A stretch of DNA of 64,000 nucleotides from Macrostomum lignano (taxonomy: Eukaryota), in NCBI GenBank assembly GCA_002269645.1, contig NIVC01000236.1, forward strand, positions 248,001 through 312,000. Reading direction: 5' to 3'. Shown here one piece after another: positions 1 through 21,925 of the stretch (position 1 is its first letter; each line of letters starts with the position of its first letter). The translations under genes were made by a program, and so were the position numbers. Below the pieces are notes generated by a model. That model had not been told where the DNA came from and did not search any database. It saw only the letters and a list, made by a program, of their open reading frames with translations.

Positions 1-808
<808 letters not shown>

Positions 809-3480
809 AGGAGGCAGGGAGGGAGGAAGACGGACAGGCAGATGGATTGCTCAAGTTCAGCTCAAGAACCATCAAGCGCCCCCACACAGCGCATTCCTCT
901 GCTTCAAAGAAGTCAATTCCAGAGCCAGGCAACTCTTCGGCAGCAAGCCGGTCCGTGGCCTCGTCCGCCTCCTGACCCAGTTCTCAGTTCCCCGATCAAG
1001 TCTATGAAGATTGCATTGCCGCAAGCGGGCTGAGACTGCGCAATGAAATTGCCGTGGCGCCACGTCGCAACCGCCGCCCCCAGCCCCCCAATTTACTCGC
1101 CCCTCCGGCCACGTCAGCGGCTCGCTTGGCTGGCCAATTGTTTTCTAAAATAGGAGAATCCAGTAAATAGGAAAATTCCCGCCTGCCCCATTAGAGCCAA
1201 TCACCGGCCTCGCATCCGAGCGCCCCGCGGCTCCCCCGGCGCAGGGCCCGGGGGCTACTTATTGGGGCGAGGCGGTCGTCCAGAAGCCTGCGCGCACCTG
1301 CCGACTCCGCCACCGACGCCAAGAGAGGAGGATCAGCTTCCACTACCGACTGTTCAAAGTGAGGAAAATTCTTCAGGATAACTTCTGAGCCTATTCAGAG
1401 AGTCTGTGAGTTTCGCCATCGCAACTTTCGCTTATTTACCACACTCTAGGTGGGGGGCTGGAAACTGTTTTGATCCTCTCAAGATTGCTGCTCAGTGCGG
1501 CGCATTCTCTCACCTTCTCACTTTGGACCCAGCAGAGGGTGGCTGCTGACAAAGTCCTTGTTGTTTCTGCTGCAACTTCTCGCTATCTGAGTCAGCAGTG
1601 GCGAGTCCTCAGCTCTCCTTTGTCTCACAGAGCTGAGCCGGCTGGGAGTTGGACTCGGGCAGTGCAGCTCAACAGCAGTGGGAGTACTTGAGTGCCGGCT
1701 GCTTCATGGGCATTGTTGAATGGCAGAGCAAGAAACCACTTGCAACAATTGCTGATAGCTCGCATTGGGCCTCGAAACCAAACTGCCTGGATGCGGGGAA
1801 GGAAGGAGACGCAGAGCTGCAGTCCCTGCCTGCCGATCTGCTGCTACTTCGCCACATTCTGACAGGCAGAACCAGCGCGTCAGACGCAAGCCCTCCTCAA
1901 GAGGAGCAAGTGGAGCTGCTCTCCACGTCAGAACCATGATTCCCCCCTTGTGCCCAGCTTTCGGATGTCTCGGCTGGCCCGTTTTTGCAGCAGCTGTCCA
2001 AAATTTTCCTATTTAGAAGATGAGAGAAGAGACTGAATGGAGCAGCGGCTTTGCCATCGATCAGCCCTCGGTTCGATTGCTTGCATTGTGCTCGCGCTGC
2101 TCGGCGAATGCTGAATGCCGCTTCCCACGCTGCCACGACCAGCGAGTCCCGGGCAGGTGGGCGGGGAGTGGGATAATTGCTTTCTTCCTCTGCCCGGCAA
2201 CGCGATTGGCAATGTAAAACTGGGGAACCGGACAGCGGAATTCGCTTCCACGAGCCCGGCTGCCCGCCGGATCTCCGAGGCCGACTGCGGCAGGGCAATA
2301 ATTTCTTGAGTCGGTCAACATGCCGGAGAAGGAGGTAATTACCACCTGTTTGCTCTGGCCACCCAGAGCCACTCGCACAGCACACAAAGTTTTTTCTTGT
2401 TCGCCATTTCTTGCCTGCTTCGATGAATATTCAATTGCGAGCGGAACATTTTCTGCTCCCGGCTGCTCCTTGATGCTCGAGTTTAGCGACAAAGTGGCCT
2501 CACTAATCTTTCAGTTCCTCAAGCAGCTCTTTCCCGAGTGGAAGGTGTGAGGGAAGTTTTTCCCCGACTTCTCCCCATCCGACTGGTTCGTAAATCACAG
2601 TCAAGTGGCGCCCGCCCCGATGAAGAGGGAGCCGGGCGGGGGCGGGCATGGGAGGAAAGCGGGACAAATGGCTGCTCAGATGATCAATGACTCGAAGGTG
2701 GCCGGGGCAGCCAGGCGGCAAAGCGAATGGGATCCGGGGCTCCAGTTTTCATGCTGCAGTTCGGTGTTGCTGGCTGCCTCCGCTACTTTCCGCCCCCTCC
2801 CCCTGTCTGTCCGCCCCTCCCCCTCCCCTATCTCGGCGATCGGTGAAGCACGAAAATCAAAGTGGCCAGCCAGTTCAGGAGGAAGCCCGTGTGAGAAGAC
2901 TGATGACGAAGAGGGGCTGGAGTTCCCCAGATCCCGAAGCGGGAAACTTAGCGCTGACAGTTTTTGCAGAAAACTCGAAGCTGACCGATTTCAAAGTTAA
3001 AAAAATCGATGTCACCAATCGGGTGACAAATGGAGGGGGGGCAGAGCCCCATCTCTCCCGCTCGGTTTTATGGCCCAAGCTGAAGAAGGTCAGAGGAAAC
3101 CTCCTGAGGTCTCTTGTGTGGCCGTGAGCTATTCCGCTGCTCTCAGCTACTTGGCAGTTTCTCCTGGAGAGTTGCACACACTCTGGGCATCGGTGCAGCC
3201 ATGGTTCGGGTGGTTAGGAAGAATCGCATTTTTATGTCAACTCCGTGGTTAAATAGCTGCATGAGAAGCTCATTGAGAAGCTGCTGCTCACCTTCACTGC
3301 CTCATCATCAATGATTCGGATCAGTGCGCTCTCTCTGAGCAACGATACCCCCACGGCTGGGCTTGCTTGTCACGCTACGGCAAATTTGACAAAGAAGTGC
3401 ATGTGGCATCGCGGAGAGGAGCCGCGAGCTTTTCTGCCTTCAACTTTGAAGTGCTTGAGGACCTGCTCGCCCATCGGGTC

Positions 3481-4145
3481 CTCGCCCTCCAAGCACCTCC
3501 AAACACTTCCTGACTCTCGCCCTCCAAGCACCTCCAAACACTTCCTGACTCTCGCGCTCCAAACACCTCCAAACACTTCCTGACTCTCGCCCTCCAAACA
3601 CCTCCAAACACTTGGACTCTCGCCCTCCAAACACCTCCAAACACTCCCTGACTCTCGCCCTCCAGATACCTCCAAACACTCACTGACTCTCGCCCTCCCA
3701 ACACCTCCAAACACTCACTGACTCTCGCCCTCCAAACATCTCCAAACACTCTCTGCTTCTCGCCCTCCAAACACTCTCCGACTTTCGCCCTCCAAACACT
3801 CTCTGACTCTCGCCCTCTTAACACTCTCTGACTCTCGCCCTCCAAGCACCTCCAAATACTCCCTGACTCTCGCCCTCCAAACACTCTCTGATTCTCGCCC
3901 TCCAAACACTCTCTGATTCTCGCCCTCGGATCACCTCGAAACACTCTCTGATTCTCGCCCTCCAAACACTCTCTGATTCTCTCCCTCCAAACACTCTCTG
4001 ACTCTCGCCCTCCAAACACTCCCTGACTCTCGCCCTCCAAACACTCTCTGATTCTCGCCCTCGAAACACCTCGAAACACTCTCTGATTCTCGCCCTCCAA
4101 ACACTCTCTGACTCTCGCCCTCCAGACACTCTCTGACTCTCGCCC
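3481..4145. repeat. Minisatellite, 25-bp core (TCCAAACACTCTCTGACTCTCGCCC) with longer variants
   Basis: Seen directly. Confidence 0.92.
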
Positions 4146-5118
4146 GAACGCAGCATGGAAGTTGAGCAATATCATCGGTGATTGAGTAACGCATCAAGGA
4201 ACCAAGAGCATAAAGTTTGCACTATTTTGGAAGCTCGTTGGAGCCCGGGCAGGGGGAAATAATTGTCCTAGCAAAATCTGCAATTCTTTTGCAGATCTTG
4301 CAAGTTTACGAGCCAATTGGTACATTTATAACTTTCCTCAACTCAATCGATTGCATGCGTTTTTGTTACTAATCGACAAATATTTTTCCATTTCTTTTTA
4401 TCTGCTTTTTCATGTGCCATTTGACACTGCTTTGGACAATTATTTCCTCATGGGAGGCTTCAGGACTGCCCAATCCGTGTTTCTGCCCAATCGAAGCGAC
4501 CCCTCCCTCAGAAAAGCGATCCACTGGAAGCGTGACCGTCCATCCCACTTAGCAGGTCGGAGGGAAAACAAGAAAGCAACACAAGATCACCTTGATTGCA
4601 AGCAAATTAGCAGATGAAGGGCAGAGGAGGCTGACCTGAAATTCAACCCTCAGCGGCGGGTAAATTGGCAGCTCCGCGGCTTCCGTGTCCGGTTTCCGAG
4701 CTCACCAGCTGAACGGAAGGTCCTGGGATGCCCAGCTGCAGGGATTCCACCTGAACTGTTTCTCCAGACCCACCGGTCATCTGTGTGTTTGTCCTCTCTG
4801 TGCAATAGAAAGGGAATCCCCCCCTCGGTTCTCCTTCTTTCCCGCCAGCCCCCCGGCCTGCAAGCAACTTTTTGAGTAGCAGGGGATCAAAGCGATGGGG
4901 AGACGAAGTGGAGACGGCGCTGGCGGTTGCCAACCAGACTGCTGGGGTGCCAGGCAGCCCCCATCAATCAAAGCCGAATGGGGCGGGGCGGGAGGCTGGG
5001 ACAGCTGGATTGATGTTGCAGATTAGTAACAACCTGACCCAGGCGCGCCGCTGCATTCCGCCTCCCCTTCAGGTGAAGCTCAAACAGAGGAATTGCGCCA
5101 AGCAAAGGGAAACGCAAG

Positions 5119-6727
5119 ATGAAGTCCGCAATCTGCTTGCCGAGTTTGCTGCTCCTGCTGCTGGCCGCCATCCTGGGGGCCTCCGACAGCGCGCGTGAGT
5201 CCGTCTGGTATTGTGTCTGTCACTGTGTCTGTCTGGTATTGTGTCTGTCACTGTGTCCGCCTGCTATTGTGTGCGTCACTGTGTCCGTCAGGTATTGTGT
5301 CCGTCACTGTGTCCGTCAGGTATTGTGTCCGTCACTGTGTCCGTCTGGTATTGTGTCCGTCACTGTGTCCGTCTGGTATTGTGTCCGTCATTGTGTCAAT
5401 CACTGTGTCCGTCAGGTATTGTGTCTGTCACTGTGTCTGTTACCGTGTCTGTCACTGTGTCCTGTGTCTGTCACTGTGTCTGTCACTGTGTCCAGCACTG
5501 TGTCCGTCTGGTATTGTGTCCGTCACTGTGTCTGTCACCGTGTCTGTCACTTGTCTGTCACCGTGTCTGTCACTTGTCTGTCACTGTGTCTATCACCGTG
5601 TCTGTCACTGTGTCTGTCACTGTGTCTGTCACTGTTTCTGTCACTGTGTCTCTCACTGTGTCCTGTGTCTGTCACTGTGTCTGTCACTGTGTCTGTCACT
5701 GTGTCCAGCACTGTGTCCGTCACTGTGTCCATCACTGTGTCCGTCTGGTATTGTGTCCGTCACTGTGTCCGTCTGGTATTGTGTCCTTCATTGTGTCAAT
5801 CACTGTGTCCGTTACTGTGTCCGTCTGGTATTGTGTCCGTTACTGTGTCCATCTGGTATTGTGTCCGTCACTGTGTCCGTCACTGTGTCCGTCTGGTATT
5901 GTGTCCGTCTGGTATTGTGTCCGTCACTGTGTCCGTCACTGTGTCCGTCTGGTATTGTGTCCGTCACTGTGTCCGTCACTGTGTCCGTCTGGTATTGTGT
6001 CCGTCCCCGTGTCTGTCACTGTGCCTGTTTGTTATTGTTTCTGACACTGTGTCTGTCTGGTATTGTCAGATCGAATCGTGCAAGTCTGATAAAAATCGGT
6101 TAAGCTGTTTTTTTAATATTTCACACATACCTAGATATATAGAGACAAACCTTATTTAGTATAGTAGAATCTATTTTCAAAGAAAAAAGAATTGATTTAC
6201 CAATGGAAGCCTAAAGCTACCTTTTTCGCCGTGTTTCAGCCGTCTCCAGCGACATCGCTCACGTCGACTCCCTTGCGGTGGGCGAGCGCGGAGCCCCCGA
6301 TGCGTCCGATGCTCATCTGCTCGAGGCTGAGGAGAAACGGGCACGCGGTTTTCTAGGAAAGCGAGCACGTGGTTTTCTAGGAAAGCGAGCACGCGGTTTT
6401 CTAGGAAAGCGAGCACGTGGTTTTCTAGGAAAGCGAGCACGCGGTTTTCTAGGAAAGCGAGCACGCGGTTTTCTAGGAAAGCGAGCTCGGGGATTTCTCG
6501 GAAAGCGAGCCCGTGGTTTTCTTGGAAAGCGAGCACGAGGCTTCCTAGGCAAGAGGGCGCGTGGTTTTCTTGGAAAACGTTCCAGAGGTTTTCTAGGAAA
6601 GCGCGCCCGCGGATTTCTAGGAAAGCGCAACGGCAATTACGACGACGAATATCTGATGGACGAAGACAGCCATTCCGATCATGACGAAGCTGCTTTCGAG
6701 GACTGGCGTGACGAAGGTGACGAATGA
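5119..6727 (+). CDS. Neuropeptide prohormone encoding 11x ARGFL-amide and 1x SRGFL-amide (2 coding exons, 187 aa)
   Basis: Exon 1 5119-5194 encodes a signal peptide (MKSAICLPSLLLLLLAAILGASDSA) and ends at donor GTGAGT (5195). Exon 2 6240-6727 follows TTTCAG in matching phase 1. Twelve 24-nt cassettes (6341-6628) encode xRGFL-G-KR, i.e. a Gly amide donor plus a dibasic convertase site. An acidic tail follows. Upstream UTR acceptor at 5071-5072; AATAAA at 6934-6939. Confidence 0.93.
5197..6068. repeat. Compound minisatellite (GTCCGTCTGGTATTGT / GTCACTGT) filling the prohormone intron
   Basis: Starts immediately after the donor; it accounts for the Cys/Val-rich ORFs at 5119-6159. Confidence 0.92.
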
Positions 6728-7210
6728 ATTGCCCTGAGCATGGACCATCAAGAACTGATCAGCGAGTTCCACGGGTGATGAAAACTAGAGAACCAGCCAG
6801 ACTGAACTGATGAGCCCTGATGCCCGCTCAGAGAAGACAGTTTTGCCTCCCAACCCGATTTTAATATCCCTCTTCTTCTGAGCTTAAAATCCATCCCAAA
6901 TGCTGTTCGCCAGTCACTGCGGATACCAAGCAAAATAAACGATGAGCAACTTTCTGTTGACGAGCCCCGATGTTCCCAGCTGGCTCGGGCTGCAAAAATC
7001 AAAAAAAAGATTTTGTCAGATTTTTCCGTTTGCCACATATTTGCTGTATAGCCTAGTTCAAGTAGCGCAGTGGGAAAACGTCTCCTAAAAATAATTTGCC
7101 ATTGCCAATATGTCAATGTTATTTTTTTATTCCGTTTTAAGCACTTCTTTAGGACTAAATGCCAGTAATTTCAGCGAAAACGAAGGCAGACGTCTTGCAG
7201 CGCTACATTC

Positions 7211-8273
<1,063 letters not shown>

Positions 8274-9062
8274 TCTTCTCGAAATTGATCAAATCGTTGA
8301 CTTATAGTAGTGCATTCCGATATAAGTAGAAACATTCGTTGAGTACAATAGTCCGCATTGTTACCAGGCTGTTACTAAATCAGAAGTTTCTGTCGTTATG
8401 TATAAATAAGCCTATTTGATCTTTCACCCTTCCCCCCTCTGCCACTTTACAGAAGACAAAACTTTTGCGTTTCATTTTCCAATCCGATGCCCCAGTCTTT
8501 CACACAGTGTAACACGGTGTGTTTTACTTGACAAATTCATTCGGAGACTTCCCACATTTGCACTGCTAAAACGATGATAAAACGGGAATAGAAATCCTGG
8601 CCTCAAACGCGCCCGACCTGCCCGACCGACCGAGGCTTTGAAGTTCAGCGGAGCGGCTCAAATCTGCTGACCGAAGCCGCCCACCTTCGCCGTGTCCGAA
8701 TTCCATAAGCCTTGTGGATTTGAAGCCAATCGAGCGAACCGAGTGGCGTCCCGGAGCCGCTCTCCGGATCGGCCCAGTTGCCACACAGTGAATGACCGCT
8801 GAGTCACCTGAGTCACGGAGACCCTGGGCTGCCATCTGGAGCGCCAACAGTGCAGAGATACGGAGAATTCACCTTAAAACGCGAACAAAAAACTTGATGC
8901 AGCCGAACGGATTCTGTAAAATATGGCGCAGAAACCGGCCACCTGTCCGTTCGAACCGGACATCTGCAGCGGGGTTCGGCTAACTCCGGCCAGCGAAGCA
9001 TCTCAGTCCGGTCATCGGGTCAATTGAAGGTTCACAATAGCAATCTTTCCCGATCGAGTCTT

Positions 9063-9972
9063 GTGTCTCTTCTCAACTCTCTTCTCTCCTGTCTTCTCTA
9101 TTCCTCTCATCTCAGCGCTCCTCTCATCTCAGCTCTCATCTCAGCTCTCATCTCATCTCCTCTTTCGCCTCTCATCTCTTCTCTCTCCTTTCCTCTCTCA
9201 TCTCAGCTCTCCTCTCATCTCATCTCCTCTTTCGCCTCTCATCTCTTCTCTCTCCTTTCCTATCTCTCATCTCAGCTCTCCTCTCATCTCATCTCCTCTT
9301 TCGCCTCTCATCTCTTCTCTCTCCTTTCCTCTCTCTCATCTCAGCTCTCCTCTCATCTCATCTCCTCTTTCGCCTCTCCTCTCTTCTCTCTCCTTTCCTC
9401 TCATCTCAGCTCTCCTCTCCTCTCATCTCCTCTTCCGCCTCTCCCCTCTTCTCTCTCCTTTCCTATCATCTCTTCTTTCGCCCTCCCCTCTTCTCTCTCC
9501 TTTCCTATCATCTCTTCTTTCGCCCTCCCTCTTCTCTCTCCTTTCCTATCATCTCTTCTTTCACCCTCCCCTCTTCTCTCTCCTTTCCTATCATCTCTTC
9601 TTTCGCCCTCCCCTCTTCTCTCTCCTTTCCTATCATCTCTTCTTTCGCCCTCCCCTCTTCTCTCTCCTTTCCTATCATCTCTTCTTTCACCCTCCCCTCT
9701 TCTCTCTCCTTTCCTCTCATCTCCTCTTCCGCCTCTCCCCTCTTCTCTCTCCTTTCCTATCATCTCTTCTTTCGCCCTCCCCTCTTCTCTCTCCTTTCCT
9801 ATCATCTCTTCTTTCGCCCTCCCCTCTTCTCTCTCCTTTCCTATCATCTCTTCTTTCGCCCTCCCCTCTTCTCTCTCCTTTCCTATCATCTCTTCTTTCG
9901 CCCTCCCCTCTTCTCTCTCCTTTCCTATCATCTCTTCTTTCGCCCTCCCCTCTTCTCTCCTTTCCTCTCTCA
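9063..9972. repeat. Pyrimidine-rich degenerate minisatellite
   Basis: Almost entirely C/T, with units such as CTCCCCTCTTCTCTCTCCTTTCCTATCATCTCTTCTTTCGCC. Confidence 0.9.
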
Positions 9973-10518
9973 TCTGGCCTGCAGCCATGAGCTGGATTTC
10001 TATCTGGCCCTTGAGGCATAAAAATTGGATGCTACAGTTCGCGTCATCGTGAGTTGGCAGTCCAGTTTCTGCTTCAGGGTCTCCTTGGCTGAGCGAACCG
10101 CTCCAGCTTGCTGGGCAGCCCCAGCCAACCAGCGCTGCGCCTTGCGGCTTGAGCGCCACACCAGAAGACAAGATAACTAAAACAGGGGAAAGCAGCGGAA
10201 CACGCGGAGGGGCTCCCCAATACCCCGGCCTTGGCAACCAACTGACTTATCGGTTTTTTATTTCCCTGTCAAGCGGAGAGTGAGCACAGGGACATGCGGC
10301 ACCGTTCTGCAGACGGCAGCCAAGCGCCAGGTACACTCAGGACCATCGGAGGTTCAGGTTGTTAAACTCCGAGCTGAGCTGGGACACCTGCGGTGAGCTG
10401 CTCTACAAGCAATAACTTGAATAATTTTCCTGTAGCAAATCCAGATGTACCTGTGAGCTATTCGAGTTATTTTCCAGGAAATGCTACAGAAAACTGGCAT
10501 TTACTCCACCGAATTTGA

Positions 10519-10738
10519 ATGATTGCAGGCATGATTGCAGGCATGATTGCAGGCATGATTGCAGGCATGATTGAAGGCATGATTGCAGGCATGATTGCAG
10601 GCATGATTGCAGGCATGATTGCAGGCATGATTGCAGGCATGATTGCAGGCATGATTGCAGGCATGATTGCAGGCATGATTGCAGGCATGATTGCAGGCAT
10701 GATTGCAGGCATGATTGCAGGCATGATTGCAGGCATGC
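10519..10738. repeat. 12-bp tandem repeat (ATGATTGCAGGC)n
   Basis: Seen directly. Confidence 0.95.
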
Positions 10739-11877
10739 TAAGTGGACAGAAATAGATGGGGCGCGAGACCTGCCCTCAACAATGGATGGTGTCCCATCTT
10801 TCACCCCCCTTCACTCATCCTCGTTAGCCGGCGTCCAGCCTCCGGCAGTCCTTCATCAGCCAGACCCCACGGTCGCCATTCAGCTACTCCCCGGTCAGGC
10901 CGGTCATTGTTCTCGCGACGCGGGACAAAGTACCCCGCCAGAGGCCTCAAATCAATCATCTCTTGGGAAAAAATCCCCTGCATGGTTAGGCAGTGGCCGC
11001 GCGCGAGGCCTCTGTGCGACAACCAGGGCCAGAGATGGGGAGGGGCGGAAGGCGCCGCTCTCGCCTTTGAGTTTCCGCCCCACCCGACCTGTCTGAGCCC
11101 TCCCGTCCGGTCTTAATCTCACCTTTGTTCCTCCGTATCCCCTTCTGTGCACTATTCCCTGACAGCGAGCTGCGGGGGATCGGAGAGGCTGGGAATCCCA
11201 ATCTTACACTGACAAGGCCTGCAATTTTGCTTTGAGTTTTTAGCACGCCTCTCGCCGAATACGTGGGCACGGCGAACAGAGGGCGAACAGAAGGCGAACA
11301 GAAGGCGAACAGACGGGCACTTGGCTTCGAGCTGTCAGTCAGGCAGTCATCTTATTGTCACTAAGTTCCCAGTCCACAGTGCCTAAGTGCCGCCAATGCA
11401 GTCATATGCATGCTGACTGGAAGGGGCCGGGCCCGCCTCATTAGCGCTCACCGGCCGGGTGTCGGCTTTCCTCCCCTGCGCCGACCCCGGCCTCCCTCAG
11501 CCGCCGCCTACTTATTAGCCGCTCGCTAAAACACACGAGGCGGCCTCGCACAAAATCTCCGGCTCAGTTTCCCGCGACCCGCATCAGCTACAGTCTCTCC
11601 CCCCTCTCTCTACGCCTTTGATTCCCTCCTAATGCTGGCTTCATCAATTCACCCAGCTTCTTCCAGCTGCTCCGCTTTTTGAGCTTTCAATCTCTCACCT
11701 GCAATCAGCCCCGCTTTCAGCGATGCCTTCTTGAATGCGCGGCAGCTCGCAGCCTCGCGTGCCCTTTTCTGTCTGCTTTTGTCTCCGTTATGATCCTGTG
11801 CCTGCTCACCTGGCTGGGAGTCTCCGGGATGCTGCAGGCTTGCTGCATCATTTCAATTTCCATTTTTAATACTACTG

Positions 11878-12990
11878 CCTCTCCCTCACTCTCTGCTACT
11901 CTCCCTCACTCTCTGCTACTCTCCCTCACTCTCTGCTACTCTCCCTCACTCTCTGCTACTCTCCCTCACTCTCTGCTACTCTCCCTCACTCTCTGCTACT
12001 CTCCCTCACTCTCTGCTACTCTCCCTCACTCTCTACTACTCCCCCTCACTCTCTGCTACTCTCCCTCACTCTCTGCTACTCTCCCTCACTCTCTGCTACT
12101 CTCCCTCACTCTCTGCTACTCTCCCTCACTCTCTGCTACTCTCCCTCACTCTCTACTACTCTCCCTCACTCTCTACTACTCTCCCTCACTCTCTGCTACT
12201 CTCCCTCACTCTCTGCTACTCTCCCTCACTCTCTGCTACTCTCCCTCACTCTCTGCTACTCTCCCTCACTCTCTGCTACTCTCCCTCACTCTCTACTACT
12301 CCCCCTCACTCTCTGCTACTCTCCCTCACTCTCTGCTACTCTCCATCACTCTCTGCTACTCTCCCTCACTCTCTGCTACTCTCCCTCACTCTCTGCTACT
12401 CTCCCTCACTCTCTGCTACTCTCCCTCACTCTCTGCTACTCTCCCTCACTCTCTGCTACTCTCCCTCACTCTCTGCTACTCTCCCTCACTCTCTGCTACT
12501 CTCCCTCACTCTCTGCTACTCTCCCTCACTCTCTGCTACTCTCCCTCACTCTCTACTACTCCCCCTCACTCTCTGCTACTCTCCCTCACTCTCTGCTACT
12601 CTCCATCACTCTCTGCTACTCTCCCTCACTCTCTGCTACTCTCCCTCACTCTCTGCTACTCTCCCTCACTCTCTGCTACTCTCCCTCACTCTCTGCTACT
12701 CTCCCTCACTCTCTGCTACTCCCCCTCACTCTCTGCTACTCTCCCTCACTCTCTGCTACTCTCCCTCACTCTCTACTACTCCCCCTCACTCTCTGCTACT
12801 CTCCCTCACTCTCTGCTACTCTCCCTCACTCTCTACTACTCTCCCTCACTCTCTGCTACTCTCCCTCACTCTCTGCTACTCTCCCTCACTCTCTGCTACT
12901 CTCCCTCACTCTCTGCTACTCTCCCTCACTCTCTGCTACTCTCCCTCACTCTCTGCTACTCTCCTTCTCTCTCTGCTACTCTCCTTCTCT
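11878..12990. repeat. 20-bp minisatellite (CTCCCTCACTCTCTGCTACT)n
   Basis: Seen directly. Confidence 0.96.
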
Positions 12991-13620
12991 CTTTGCAATT
13001 CTCCATTATGAAGTTGCAATTTTTTCCTTTTCTAAAATTGTATTTTAAAGCTACATAAATTCAAAATCCGCATCTTGATGATGCCACAGCACGTGCAAAA
13101 TCTAATATGGATAGGACTGCATCCGCGGGCCCGCCGTCTGACATTTCATCGACTACGTTTGAGGCGGGGCTGCCCCATCGCCCCTCGTGCCCCCGCCTCC
13201 CCTTCCCATCCCATCTCAGACAGTCCAGGAGCAAAAATGAACAAGAAAAAATGAGCGCTGAAATTGCTCAAGAAAAACGAGAGGGAAAGTCTGAGGCCAG
13301 TCTCAGCCCACCCGGCCGCCTGCGCCGCCTCCTCCGCGCCGCACCTGCCGTTTCCAAGAATTCATGAAACACGAAAATTGCTGCCAGAAAGCCAGAGGTT
13401 TAAATATTCATGCTTGACAGGCAAGCGCTGCGAGAGGGGGCTGCAAATGAGTGGCCAGGTAAGTGTGACGGCTGGGATGAGAGGAACAATGCAGAGACAA
13501 CGGGCCATGCGAGACAGCCATGGGGAACGGGAAGGAGATGCAGAGAGGGGAGCGAATGGAGAAGGTAAAAGTATATAGTATACTAATGCAGAAGACGCCC
13601 AGGGTTAACAAAATTAAAGC

Positions 13621-15905
<2,285 letters not shown>

Positions 15906-16545
15906 CAGGCTCCAGACAGGCTCTGGAAGCGAATCCCAGACTTGTAGGCGCACGAATTAATCCAGAAGAAATCCTCATCAGATTTGCGCCGAGCCAGTCA
16001 GCCGAGCATCCACCCGCTTTTGTCATTCCGGGCCAAGAGACGCCTGCAACTTATCGATCTGGTTATGACTGATCCTCCTCGCATCCCTGAGAAGATGGAG
16101 ACGGCTCGGGAAGAAATCCCCCAGTTTTTAACTCACTTGAAATTCCGTCGCATCTGGTAGAGGACCCGATTCGGACATATTTCTGCCCAGCTCCGGTTCG
16201 TCTCCCGCGCTGGAATTTGTCCCTTGGAGGCGCCCCGGCCCTAATAAAATTGATTGATCCGCTGCCCGATTGATTTTGCTGTCTCTGGGCCGCTCATTTG
16301 CATGTTGAGTGTCCGGTGGGGTCGGCGCCCATGGGACGGCTGTTTCTTTTTGAAACCGCCCCCCCCCCCTCAAAGAGTTCTGAGAGGCCGCTGCTTCGCT
16401 GCGAACTTTCATGGACTCGCGCCATTATGATAATTAGCATAATGGCCTCTGGGATGCCGTGCTCTGCTGGCTCGCAACCGAATTATTACTTCCTGCATCA
16501 GCAGCTTTAAAAGGGCATTTTGGGATGCAGCTGTGGGGGGAGGAG

Positions 16546-18902
<2,357 letters not shown>

Positions 18903-19603
18903 TGAGCTCGAATTCCGGTCATATAAAGCCAGCTGTGCTTGCAAGCTACAGTGCGTGATTCAGGTGTGACTGAGTAACTCAGGATCGGCTGAGCTCTTGA
19001 CGCCCGTCTCAGGAGGGGGCGGTTGCTGGGAATTCAGCAGGCATTTCCTGAATTGCGCGTGGCGGGTAGGGCGGCACAGCTATGCAGGCAGCCAGAGCCG
19101 CAGGATGGGTATGGCTAGTCTAACGCGGAGATGCAGCGCAGATGCTGGACGGGTGACGGGAAGCCGTGGGAGGCGGAGCAGCCCCATGCGAGCATTGTTT
19201 TAATTCTACAGCTGGGGAATCAATACAGTGCAGTGCGGCGGCGCCACCCTCCCGCTCCGCCTCAGCGGCTGCAGCGAGCTTCGAAAAACTGCTGCGGCTT
19301 CCCCGGGCCCGGCGCTTCTTTGCTCCCCATTTGAGGGCGGCTCAGCAGCCGCTGAGACAAAGCCTAAAGCGTTTTCCGTGTTGCGGAACCGCCGCGGGAT
19401 GATGCAGCTGCTGCTGATGCTGCCGCCGGAGGGCCGCTTGAAGAAAATCGAGGAGGCTGTCTTGTTTGCGCCGAGTATTTGTGAGACTCAAAGTTTTTCC
19501 TGACCGCTTGGTTCCTGAATCAGTAGATGCGATTGAGGATAATTTTGTTTGCAACTGCCTAAATGTTTGCGATAGTTGCTACTCTCAGTACTGTAATTGT
19601 TTA

Positions 19604-21925
<2,322 letters not shown>

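Noticed and set aside
5195-6159. Cys/His-rich ORFs as keratin-associated or metallothionein-like proteins
   Set aside because: The segment is the prohormone intron; only its first 25 codons are real exon.
16421-16446. 9-bp perfect inverted repeat GCCATTATG..CATAATGGC
   Set aside because: Too short to distinguish from chance in 64 kb.
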